A DNA stretch of 64,000 nt, from NCBI GenBank assembly GCA_963835575.1, contig CAWIGG010000002.1, positions 64,001 to 128,000 on the forward strand. Direction: 5' to 3'. A program made the position numbers and the translations under genes. This DNA is from an uncultured Spirochaetota bacterium (GTDB taxonomy: Bacteria; Spirochaetota; Brevinematia; Brevinematales; JAOACQ01). The notes beneath the pieces are model-generated. The model made no database searches. It was not told the DNA's origin and saw only the letters and a program-made list of their open reading frames with translations. Shown in pieces: positions 32,623 to 41,547 of the stretch. The stretch's first letter is position 1; each line of letters opens with the position of its first letter.

Positions 32623-32799
32623 ATGGCTAAAGGAAATTCTTCTAAATCCAGCGAATCCTTTGAATCCACTCTATGGCAGGCGGCTGATAAGCTCAGGAAA
32701 AACATGGACGCCGCCGAATATAAGCATATCGAAGCCATACGCAGAAACCTTGGCAGATTAGTTATAAAAAAAACAAATAGTAAAGAGGCAGCCGGATGA
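32623..32799 (+). pseudogene. hsdM: Internally deleted type I R-M methyltransferase HsdM
   Basis: MAKGNSSKSSESFESTLWQAADKLRKNMDAAEYKHI (HsdM N-terminus) fused in frame to EAIRRNLGRL (resembles the HsdM C-terminus); 58 aa. Confidence 0.8.
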
Positions 32800-33086
32800 A
32801 AGACATGGATATTCCCAGGATTGAGGATTTTATTAAAAAGCTAGGCGAAAAAGACCTGATTTACCTGAACCGGCTGATCATCGAGCGCCTGAAAATACTT
32901 TCGCAGGTGCGTTCGAGCGAGAAAATGGCCGAGTTCCATGCCTCCCAGCGCATCAGCTTTACCGGCCCGGACGGCGCTATCAAGAAAGGGACTATTATGC
33001 GAATGCACAAGAAAACCGTGTCGATCCGAACCGATGACGGCGAAAACTGGAACGTGGCCCCGGGGTTTTTAAGGGGTGAGGATTAA
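32796..33086 (+). CDS. Hypothetical protein (helix + small beta-barrel-like C-terminus)
   Basis: 96-aa ORF, ATGA overlap with the hsdM remnant, GAGG RBS. Confidence 0.7.
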   Translation: MKDMDIPRIEDFIKKLGEKDLIYLNRLIIERLKILSQVRSSEKMAEFHASQRISFTGPDGAIKKGTIMRMHKKTVSIRTDDGENWNVAPGFLRGED

Positions 33087-33297
33087 ATGAGAAAGTATGG
33101 AGCCTTTCATATATGGATTTTACTTGAATTCCATACATATATCAACCGATATGTATAGAAAAACGCCATTTCCTATTATATAGGATGTGGTCATATCGTA
33201 ATTAAACCGGTAAGGAAAGTAAAATATAATAATTTATATTTTACTTTGGGCTTGATAAGTAAATTAGAATAACTTATAATATATTCAGGAATTTGGA

Positions 33298-34431
33298 ATG
33301 AATATAAAAGACTTTAAAGCCGGTTCTCTTCAAAACGGCGGCCATTATCAATATTTTATGCCCGCGAGTATCAACCATACTTTTTACTGGACTGATGAAG
33401 CGCTGAATGAGCTGCTGGAAAAAGCGGCGATTAAACTTGGAGAACTTAATTCCTTCGCGCGCCTTGTGCCCGATATTCGCATGTTCATTATCATGCATGT
33501 CTATAAGGAAGCGGTTTTATCCAGCAGGATTGAAGGTACAAAAACTATGCTGGAAGAAGCACTGCTTGAAGAAAAAGATGTCGATCCCGAGAAAAGGAAT
33601 GACTGGAAAGAAGTGAACAATTATGCCGCCGCAATGAATTTTGCCATTGATTCGCTCAATAAGCTGCCGCTATCCGGCCGCCTTATCAGGGATACCCACC
33701 GCATTCTTCTCCAGAGCGTAAGGGGAGAGCATAAAGCCCCCGGGGAATTCAGGAAAAGCCAGAACTGGATCGGCGGCGCTGCCATTCAGGACGCTGTGTT
33801 TATCCCGCCCCTGCATACCGACGTTCCGGAATTAATGTCCGATCTCGAAAAATTCCTGCATAACGAGGAGATCAAAGTTCCCCATCTCGTCCGCATTGCC
33901 ATCGCCCATTATCAATTTGAAACGATACATCCTTTCCTGGACGGCAACGGCAGGATCGGCAGGCTTCTTATAACACTCTACCTTATCAGCAAAGAGATAA
34001 TGGAAAAGCCGCTCCTGTATCTTTCCGATTTTTTTGAAAAGAATAAAGGGCTGTATTATGACAACCTTTCCGAAGTCAGGAGAAAAGACGGGCTGGCGCA
34101 GTGGATCAGGTTCTTCCTTTCCGCGGTTATTGAAACAGCCGATAAGTCCGCTCAAACCCTGAAAAAGATCATTAATTTAAAGAGCTCCCTTGAACAGGAA
34201 AAAATCCTGAACCTGGGCAAGCGGGTGAAAACGGGACAGAAGCTCCTGCAAGCCCTGTTCTGTAGGCCGGTCATACAGGTAAAGGATGTCGAAAAAGAGA
34301 TTGGCTTAAGCCCGAAAGCGGCTAATGATATGATCAGGGAATTTTTAAGGCTGAAAATTTTAAATGAGATTACAGGCTATCAGCGGAACCGTGTCTTCGC
34401 TTTTGAGGAATATATCAAGCTGTTTGATTGA
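33298..34431 (+). CDS. Fic family protein (Fic_N + Fic + C-terminal HTH)
   Basis: EAVLSSRIEGT, PGEFRKSQNWIG, HPFLDGNGRIGR Fic motif, TGYQRNRVF. Confidence 0.93.
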   Translation: MNIKDFKAGSLQNGGHYQYFMPASINHTFYWTDEALNELLEKAAIKLGELNSFARLVPDIRMFIIMHVYKEAVLSSRIEGTKTMLEEALLEEKDVDPEKRNDWKEVNNYAAAMNFAIDSLNKLPLSGRLIRDTHRILLQSVRGEHKAPGEFRKSQNWIGGAAIQDAVFIPPLHTDVPELMSDLEKFLHNEEIKVPHLVRIAIAHYQFETIHPFLDGNGRIGRLLITLYLISKEIMEKPLLYLSDFFEKNKGLYYDNLSEVRRKDGLAQWIRFFLSAVIETADKSAQTLKKIINLKSSLEQEKILNLGKRVKTGQKLLQALFCRPVIQVKDVEKEIGLSPKAANDMIREFLRLKILNEITGYQRNRVFAFEEYIKLFD

Positions 34432-34540
34432 TGCACTACCAGTATAATAGGCCGGTAAAGCCGGTCTATTTTTAGGAATACAGCCGTATTGATGACGAGT
34501 TCAAGCAGGAAAAACAGGCGCGAAATATCCGGACAAACTT

Positions 34541-34645
34541 GCCGGACCGTCAAATGAAACCTTGACTTCCATTGACTCAGGCAATTCATATCGTTCGTTC
34601 TTTTTAAATTTCATTTATAGGTTTTTTTTATCCGACAGGCTGTCG
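34541..34645. repeat. 105-bp direct repeat, right copy
   Basis: Near-identical to 30058-30162. Confidence 0.92.
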
Positions 34646-34685
34646 TAAAAAAAAACGGCAATTGTTGCCGGACAACAAGACTCTC

Positions 34686-34714
34686 TTGACATAAGATATC
34701 CCCATCAATAAAAT
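34686..34714 (+). promoter_or_regulatory. Sigma70 promoter of the WYL regulator
   Basis: TTGACA-17nt-TAAAAT upstream of AGGAG RBS and ATG 34752. Confidence 0.7.
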
Positions 34715-34751
34715 AATCTTGGGCTCGGTCTCAGCCCTTAGGAGACAATAA

Positions 34752-35678
34752 ATGAAGTCCGACAGGCTTTTAGCCATAACGCTTCTATTAATCAATAGGA
34801 AGCGGATGAGTTCCGTCGAGCTGGCAAAACGCTTCGAAGTGACCGAGCGGACAATCTACCGCGATATGGAATCGATCAGCCAGGCCGGCGTGCCGGTCGT
34901 CGCCTATCCGGGAAGAAACGGCGGGTTCGGCGTTTTAGAGAATTACAAGATTGACAGGAACGTATTCCGCTCCGATGAGATGACCATGCTCATCACCGCC
35001 CTGAAGGGACTGAACACGGCCTTCCGGGATAAAAAGCTTGCGGAGACGCTGGAGAAGATCAAAGCGCTTCAGCCGGGAAAAGCGGCCGGACAGCGGAAAG
35101 AGTCTGTCTATTTTTCCCTGACGCCCCAGGGTAACGACAAAATGAGCTCTTTGATATCGCAAATCCGCGGCGCCATAGAGGAAAACAGGATCATCTCATT
35201 TCAATACAGGGATTCGGCGGGGAAAGAGACAAAAAGAACAGCCGAGCCGTATATGCTCAGCTGTTACGGCTATACATGGTATCTTTACTGCTATTGTTAT
35301 CTCAGGAATGATTTCCGCCAGTTCCGTCTTTCCCGCGTCAGGGCGCTTGAAATAAAAAACGATAGTTTTATTCCGAGAGACGTTGACCTGGAAAGCCGGC
35401 CCTGGGAATCGGACTGGGGACATACGGAAATGGTCCCTCTTGTCCTCAAATTCAATCCAAAAGCGCGGGGCAGGGTTGAGGACTTTTTCGACCCTTCTTT
35501 AATTGAAAAGCAGAAGGACGGCTCGCTTGTCGTCAGGGTTCCTTATCCGGAAGACCCCTGGGTTTACAGCTTTATCCTGGGGTTCGGCGAGGATGCGGAA
35601 GTCCTGGAACCGGAGCATGTCCGGGAAGTCATTAAAGAAAAAAGCGGTAAGATCTTTGATATATACCGGCCAAAATAA
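34752..35678 (+). CDS. YafY-family HTH-WYL transcriptional regulator
   Basis: ELAKRFEVTERTIYRD HTH, R.AEPY, WYLYCYC..RNDFRQFRLSRV, C-terminal VLEP WCX domain. Confidence 0.93.
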   Translation: MKSDRLLAITLLLINRKRMSSVELAKRFEVTERTIYRDMESISQAGVPVVAYPGRNGGFGVLENYKIDRNVFRSDEMTMLITALKGLNTAFRDKKLAETLEKIKALQPGKAAGQRKESVYFSLTPQGNDKMSSLISQIRGAIEENRIISFQYRDSAGKETKRTAEPYMLSCYGYTWYLYCYCYLRNDFRQFRLSRVRALEIKNDSFIPRDVDLESRPWESDWGHTEMVPLVLKFNPKARGRVEDFFDPSLIEKQKDGSLVVRVPYPEDPWVYSFILGFGEDAEVLEPEHVREVIKEKSGKIFDIYRPK

Positions 35679-35977
35679 AAAATGTTCAATTACGATAAGA
35701 CTTGATATTTGCCGCAGAAGGCACGGAGATTAATTCACGCCCATCGACAAGCTCAGGACAGGCGCCGACGCAGAGACCGCAAAGAAGGAAAATGGGGTTG
35801 ATAACAGAATGCGCACTGATTCCTCAATTCTCTTTATTTCCAGATTTGAAAGAGGAAAGTCCGGGTAATGAAGAGGCGTAATTACAAGTTTTACTGGTTG
35901 AAAACTTTGCGAAGGCGGCTTTGCGCGGCATTTATTTAAAACTATAAATTGTAATCAGAATATCATAATTGTTGAAA

Positions 35978-36244
35978 TCAGCGGGGCGCCGTCGCTTTCT
36001 CAAGCATCGCCAGATCCTCAAGGGCTTCCTCCCTTGTGTTCCCGCAATATTCATGCGAGGCCCTGAAATTCCGGCAGACGGCCGGCCTTTCGTCATAGAT
36101 CAGGCAGGTATAATCAGCGTCAAGCTGGACGCATCTCACGCCGGCGGGCTTGCCGCCCGGCATGCCTTTGATCGGCGAGGAAATGGATATGGCGACGCAG
36201 CATGCGCCGCATCCGGCACGGCATTCCATAAATTTATAAAACAA
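35978..36244 (-). CDS. YkgJ-family cysteine cluster protein
   Basis: CRAGCGACC..SISSPI.GMP.GKPAGVRCVQL...C.IY.ERP.VC. Confidence 0.88.
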   Translation of the reverse strand: MFYKFMECRAGCGACCVAISISSPIKGMPGGKPAGVRCVQLDADYTCLIYDERPAVCRNFRASHEYCGNTREEALEDLAMLEKATAPR

Positions 36245-36253
36245 GACCTCTCT

Positions 36254-36433
36254 TTATGCGGAATGGATCAGACGGCTTTTATCCTTGAGATTATGAATCA
36301 ACGGAGATTCTTTTATGTATTTTTCCATTTTTTTAAAATAATCCTTATAGGAAGACGCGTTAAATTGATTATACATATTTTCCTGAATGGAAAGCTTCAT
36401 TTCTACGCAGTCGAAATCCTTCTTTTTATTCAT
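36254..36433 (-). CDS. Small putative antitoxin (59 aa) of a PIN-toxin module
   Basis: Manual translation MNKKKDFDCVEMKLSIQENMY...; GAGGTG RBS; coupled to the PIN remnant; FDCVEMK..IQE pattern recalled from PIN-associated small proteins. Confidence 0.65.
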   Translation of the reverse strand: MNKKKDFDCVEMKLSIQENMYNQFNASSYKDYFKKMEKYIKESPLIHNLKDKSRLIHSA

Positions 36434-36610
36434 TTTCTATCACCTCTTTCGGGGCCCTTATTTTTAAAATACCATAAAATACCATAACCGGCTTTAAGAT
36501 TTATCGAGTTAAACTGGTTTATCTTCTGCAGATTTACGATATGCTTGAAATTCAATATCGAACATTCCGCCGAAAACTGATGTATCCAGATAAACTCTCG
36601 GTTTATTCAT
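36426..36610 (-). pseudogene. Internally deleted PIN-domain toxin
   Basis: MNKPRVYLDTSVFGGMFDIEF (PIN N-terminus) joined at GAATTT, out of frame, to NFKHIVNLQKINQFNSINLKAGY; after removing a 10-bp tandem duplication the end reads ILKIRAPKEVIENE. Confidence 0.8.
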
Positions 36611-36828
36611 AGTGATATAGTAATCATTTTTTCCGGCAATTTCAAGTTTTTAAGAGTACTGCCCTTTTTCTCAATGCCCGGCGCCTGCCATGAGTGTTAA
36701 TTGAAGGGAACGCTGTAGCTACATATATGAATCGGACAAAAGAACTGTCATTGCAATGACGCTTCTCTATAAAACCGGCGTGGCCGCCCCAAAATCCTCG
36801 TCTCCAATCGTCCTATGATATACAAGGC

Positions 36829-36914
36829 ATCGAGTATGAGAATACAGGCGGCTTTGGAATTACTAAATCCTATTAATCCGCATTAATCCGTGAAATCTGT
36901 GTGAAATTGGGGTT
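36829..36914. repeat. Repeat ending ATTGGGGT, direct copy of 38152-38237 (3' part also at 4590-4636)
   Basis: ATCGAGTA..CAGGCGGCTTT..AAATCCTAT.AATCCGCATTAATCCGTG.AATCTGTG..ATTGGGGT shared by both copies. Confidence 0.75.
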
Positions 36915-36970
36915 ATATATAAAAGCTTTAATAAAATATACAAAGGATTTTAAACCGAAAAGCTTGTGTA

Positions 36971-37873
36971 TTACTGGCGAAGCCCGCCGCCTTTGATCCC
37001 CGTGTCCTTACGTGTAATTCTGTGGCTACCCCCGGCCCCCTCATTCCACTGCACCGGCATCCTGCGCCCGTTCACCTTGTTTTTAAATTTAACCGCCGGC
37101 CAGCCTATGCAGAGCGTTCCAAAAATCCTCTCGTGCTTTTTCAGGTTCAGCTTTTTCCTCAATTCTTTGCTTCCGTTCAGGATCATCTGGTTGCCGACAA
37201 GGTTCCGGCAGGCCAGCCCGCGGGCCTGGGCGTAAAGGTCCATATTATAGAGGGCATACTGCGCGCTCTCGAGCGACAGGTAGACGCGCTTATCGGCGAT
37301 GATGAACAGGATTGCCGCCGGAGGTGTTTTGAATTGTCTGCCTCTTTCCAGCGACGCTTCCAGCTTCGGCTTGACTTTCAGATATTCGTTTTTATAGGCC
37401 GGGGCGAAAAGATTTGCCAGCTTTTCGAATATCTTCGGTTTAAAGAAAAAATTGTATATTCCTTTTGTATAATTGAAAATGATCCGGTCGATCAGGCCGA
37501 TGATGGACTCGTTGTCAATGATAATTGTCCTCAGATTGAAATTATGCGTGGGGGCATAAACGCCGTAGTCTGCGATCTCTTCCAGAAGGGCCCTGCCGAC
37601 GGGGCGTTTGACAAAATCCCTTGTCGTGCGCCTTTCCTTTAACAGCTCGTCCATCTGCGCCGGGGAGGGATAAAGCTTTTTATTAAAGGGGACGGGTTTG
37701 GACTTATCCCACGAGAGCGCCTGGAACGGGCAAACGGCTATGCACTGGGAGCATGTACTGCAGAAGGCATGGTTGATTTTGACAGTTTTATTTTCGATCG
37801 ACATACAGTGCTCATGGCAGATTTTAACGCAGATCCCGCACGCCGTACATTTTTTCTGATTGATTGTGACCAT
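36971..37873 (-). CDS. Nitroreductase family protein with N-terminal 2x[4Fe-4S] domain
   Basis: CTACGICVKIC and CSTCSQCIAVCP, RRTTRDF, APT..N; GGAG RBS before ATG 37873. Confidence 0.88.
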   Translation of the reverse strand: MVTINQKKCTACGICVKICHEHCMSIENKTVKINHAFCSTCSQCIAVCPFQALSWDKSKPVPFNKKLYPSPAQMDELLKERRTTRDFVKRPVGRALLEEIADYGVYAPTHNFNLRTIIIDNESIIGLIDRIIFNYTKGIYNFFFKPKIFEKLANLFAPAYKNEYLKVKPKLEASLERGRQFKTPPAAILFIIADKRVYLSLESAQYALYNMDLYAQARGLACRNLVGNQMILNGSKELRKKLNLKKHERIFGTLCIGWPAVKFKNKVNGRRMPVQWNEGAGGSHRITRKDTGIKGGGLRQ

Positions 37874-37884
37874 AAAAAACTCCT

Positions 37885-38057
37885 TTTGTGCAGACCCCAA
37901 TTTATCAGGATTCTCAGGATAACTCAGGATTTTCAGGATTAATATATGATTAAAAAACATTTAAATATAAAGTTCAAAATAAAAGATGTCTTTAAATGAA
38001 ATTTGAATATATCTTTATTAATTCGAGTCATCGCCATGCAATTGGGTTCTGTACAAA
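37885..38057. repeat. GACCCCAATT-bounded inverted-repeat element
   Basis: TTTGTGCAGACCCCAATT ... AATTGGGTTCTGTACAAA with CAGGAT tandem arm. Confidence 0.7.
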
Positions 38058-38390
38058 GGTTTCTATCAAATAAAAAAAGAATTTAAAACGAAAGTCTTTG
38101 TAATTCCAGCGAAGCCATCTAAAAACTTCCCGGTTCCCAATTATCCTAAGTATCGAGTACGACAATGCAGGCGGCTTTAAGAAAAATAAATCCTATCAAT
38201 CCGCATTAATCCGTGTAATCTGTGCTGCATTGGGGTCAATTTATAAAACTTGAATAAAGAACAAGAAGGTATTCTATTTCATAATTATTTTGTATTGCGG
38301 GCGAAGCCCTTTGTGCCTTCCCATCTTCTTGTTAATCTTTTTAAATCCTGCCAATCCTGTTGAATTGGGATATTATAATAAGGAAAACTT

Positions 38391-39584
38391 TTATTGATCA
38401 CCTGTCCATCCGTTCTCATGATAAAGAATGGAAATCTCTTCGGCGGTGAGCGCCCGGCCGTAGATACGGACATCGTCCAGCATGCCGAAAAAGCTGTAGT
38501 AAGAAGGCTCGGCCGGCCACCGGTTCAATGTGTCGTATCCGACGCGCCACCAGCCTTCATAGGAAAGGGCGTTTGTCACTATGGTATTGGACACGGCCGG
38601 ATTCCCGTCGATGTAGAGGCACATTCCGGCCTTTGAAAAAACGGCGGCGGCATAATGCCATGTGCCGTCGTTATATGTCAGCGGCGTCCTGATGATGACA
38701 GGGCAATCAATATTGGTAAGAATGCCGAAATAAACCCGGCCGCTGTTGTCCATGTAAAGATGGCGGTCCTTGTACCGGCTCATATCAGCCTGAGTATCCC
38801 CGAACCCCAGCATGCGGCCGCCGGTGGTGCTGTCGGTATTGAACCAGATGGAAAGCGTCAGCGGGAAGGGGTTTGAAAATTTGACCTGGCTGTAGATATA
38901 GTTGATATCAGGCTTCATGAGGAAAGCCGATTTCTGCCTTCCGAAGCGGTCGTTGGCCGCAAAAACATTATTAGGAACGCCGTGATTATTGTTGCCGCTT
39001 AAATCTCCGGCGTTCTTATCAAGCGGATAATAGAGGATTAAACCGTTCGTCGGCACCGGTCCGGATATAATTATTTTTGTAATTGAACTTGCCGGGGATG
39101 AAATCTTTTCATCCAGGGCTTTGCCGATCAGGTTCTGCGCCATCTTCGGCACCTGCTTTAAAAGCTCCGGCAGAGAAGCGCCGGAAGCGCTCTCGCTGAT
39201 CTCCACAACGCCCGTGGAAACATCGATCCCTTTTATGACAAGAATATAAGTTTTATCCATCCTGGACAGGGTCCCCATGATGATCTTGTCGGCGTTCAAA
39301 AGCTTCCCGACCCGGGAGGCCTGGCTTTCCGTAATACCTGCCGTTTCCAGCTTCTGCTCTTCCAGTATTTTATTCAGCGCCTTTCTCTCAAGGACATTAA
39401 AGGTCTTCGAGTTAACCAGCTCGGACTGGAGCAGCTCGCCGAATGCCTGGAGGTCGGGCTTTTCGCTTTTCACTGTATTGACGATATCCAGCACGGCCGC
39501 CTTGAGCTGTGTGATATTCTCCCACTTGGAAAATGAAAAGCCGGCGATGAGAATTAAAACCATTATGGCAAACCATTTCTTCAT
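38391..39584 (-). CDS. Secreted CsgG/HfaB-like + LamG-like jellyroll protein
   Basis: Signal peptide; FNVLER..LNKILEEQKL...VGKLLNA; GLILYYPLD.NA.D.SGN, G.LDDVRIYGRALT.EEI. Confidence 0.8.
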   Translation of the reverse strand: MKKWFAIMVLILIAGFSFSKWENITQLKAAVLDIVNTVKSEKPDLQAFGELLQSELVNSKTFNVLERKALNKILEEQKLETAGITESQASRVGKLLNADKIIMGTLSRMDKTYILVIKGIDVSTGVVEISESASGASLPELLKQVPKMAQNLIGKALDEKISSPASSITKIIISGPVPTNGLILYYPLDKNAGDLSGNNNHGVPNNVFAANDRFGRQKSAFLMKPDINYIYSQVKFSNPFPLTLSIWFNTDSTTGGRMLGFGDTQADMSRYKDRHLYMDNSGRVYFGILTNIDCPVIIRTPLTYNDGTWHYAAAVFSKAGMCLYIDGNPAVSNTIVTNALSYEGWWRVGYDTLNRWPAEPSYYSFFGMLDDVRIYGRALTAEEISILYHENGWTGDQ

Positions 39585-39836
39585 AAAACCCTCTCTCAGG
39601 ATATTTTAATGAAACTGGATTCATTAATCAAATAAAGAAGTCTTAGCCTTTGATTGGGATATCCAACCATAAGGGCCTATCGTTGAATGATGTCCGGCTT
39701 CTTATATTCATGAATTACCAGGCCGATAAATACCATTGACTAAATCGATTTGTATTATATAATTTATTATTGGATGAAGAAATCTAATTCAAATTGTAAG
39801 AAGTTTAAAGAATAAAATAATCATGTTCAAACGGAC

Positions 39837-41210
39837 ATGGTATGCCAGATTATAGATATGAAGGTCGTCATGAGCATTTCAATTTATTTTATTATCGGCC
39901 TCGCGGCCCTGGTCCCTGTCATCGGTTTTATATTATGGCTTTTTATCCGGCGTTCAAACCCGTCAGGGTTTTACACCCCTATTGAGAAAGCCCTGCAGGA
40001 GCAGGATTTCCAGAGCGCGAAAAAGCTCTGCCTCAAACGGATTGACAGCCAGCCGAACGATTTTGTCATCAAGTATTATCTCGGCCAGGCGCTCGAAGGT
40101 TTAAAGGATTTCACGACAGCCATACTCTATTATGAAAAGGCGGCAATCTCCGCATCGACCGCGGGGAACGATATTCTTAAAACCCAGATCCATTTAAAAA
40201 CCGCGCTCCTGTTTAAGAAAATGCATAATGACAAAGAGGCATTGGGGTATTTCGCCCTTGTGCTTGACCGCGAGCCGCAGAACAGCAGGGCATTATTCGC
40301 CTGCGGGGAAATCTATAATGAATTTAAAAATTATGAAAAGGCAATAAAATATCTGGAAAGCCATCTCGCGATAAAGCCCGATCATATCAGAACCCGCTAT
40401 CTTCTCGGCGAGATCAATATGACGATCAGGAAATACCCCGAAGCCATTGAGCAATTTGAATTCATCCTTGAAAATGAGCATGCCGGTGACGATGTCATAA
40501 GACCGAAAATCATGATGCGTCTGACAGAAGCATATCTGGAAACAAAAAATTATGATAAGGCAAAGGATGTTTTACAGGAATTGATGAAGGATGATGATTA
40601 TTTTGAAGATGCCGTCATAAAAATGGTCCAGATCAAAATCAAGAAAGACGAAATTGATGATGCCCTCAATTTCATAAATCTGCATATAAATAACCTTTCG
40701 CCTGCCAATAAAAGCCTGGCCCTCTATCATCTGGGGAATGTTTATTATAAGAAGAATAAGTATGTCGAAGCGGTCAGCGCATGGCGGAAAGCGTATGAAA
40801 TCAATCCCGGAAATAAGGACTTGAAAGACCTGATGAGCCGTTACTCCCTGATCGTCGATAATCCGAAGGTGGAAGGCCTTTATACGGATGACATGAACAA
40901 AGGCGAGGTTTTTATTCATAACCTGATGAAAAACGATCATATTAAAGATATCGTCAAACAGCCGAAATACTGGATCTTCCTGAATTACGACAACTATTAT
41001 GTTATATACCGTGTTCCTCAGCCCATCCCGGCGAATGAAATTACCGAGATAAAGGCTGCGGTCAAAAAATATTTCATTAAGTGCAATTCATTTAACCTCT
41101 ATACTTTATTCGGTCTGGAATTTTCAGCCGCCGACCAGGCTGACAGCAGGGATTTGATACTTGTCAGCCAGAGGGACTTACTCAAACTGATCAACGCGAA
41201 TATTAATTAA
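39837..41210 (+). CDS. Membrane-anchored tetratricopeptide repeat protein
   Basis: N-terminal TM helix then repeated YYLG/A..Y.KA TPR motifs. Confidence 0.8.
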   Translation: MVCQIIDMKVVMSISIYFIIGLAALVPVIGFILWLFIRRSNPSGFYTPIEKALQEQDFQSAKKLCLKRIDSQPNDFVIKYYLGQALEGLKDFTTAILYYEKAAISASTAGNDILKTQIHLKTALLFKKMHNDKEALGYFALVLDREPQNSRALFACGEIYNEFKNYEKAIKYLESHLAIKPDHIRTRYLLGEINMTIRKYPEAIEQFEFILENEHAGDDVIRPKIMMRLTEAYLETKNYDKAKDVLQELMKDDDYFEDAVIKMVQIKIKKDEIDDALNFINLHINNLSPANKSLALYHLGNVYYKKNKYVEAVSAWRKAYEINPGNKDLKDLMSRYSLIVDNPKVEGLYTDDMNKGEVFIHNLMKNDHIKDIVKQPKYWIFLNYDNYYVIYRVPQPIPANEITEIKAAVKKYFIKCNSFNLYTLFGLEFSAADQADSRDLILVSQRDLLKLINANIN

Positions 41211-41547
41211 ACAGTCGTCAGTCGACAGCCCTCAGTCAGGAGCCGGAAGTCGACAGTGATGCAATGCCCATCGACAGGCCTGGGTATATGGTTCCCCTGT
41301 GCGTCTTCGCGTTTAGCTATAACCGGTCTTCTTCAAGTCCATCAGCGGATTTCATATTAATCCATCTTTATTAAGCTTGATTATCATGACACAGTTGCAT
41401 CATGAAACTTGACAGGCATAGCCGCGGCCAAAAATATTTCCAATGACGGGTAAAATTGACAAAATCAAATCCGGTTTTTAAATTTATATTTAATTTATAG
41501 TAATGCCGGTTTAGTAAGCATAACGCACCGGCGGCAGGAGTCTAATT

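Noticed and set aside
35852..35865. GAGGAAAGTCCGGG, resembling the RNase P RNA 5' conserved motif
   Set aside because: No complementary 3' conserved region or other RNase P elements within the expected distance
41212..41260. Heptamer-like CAGTCG repeats after the TPR gene
   Set aside because: Too short and degenerate to define an element, and no associated ORF
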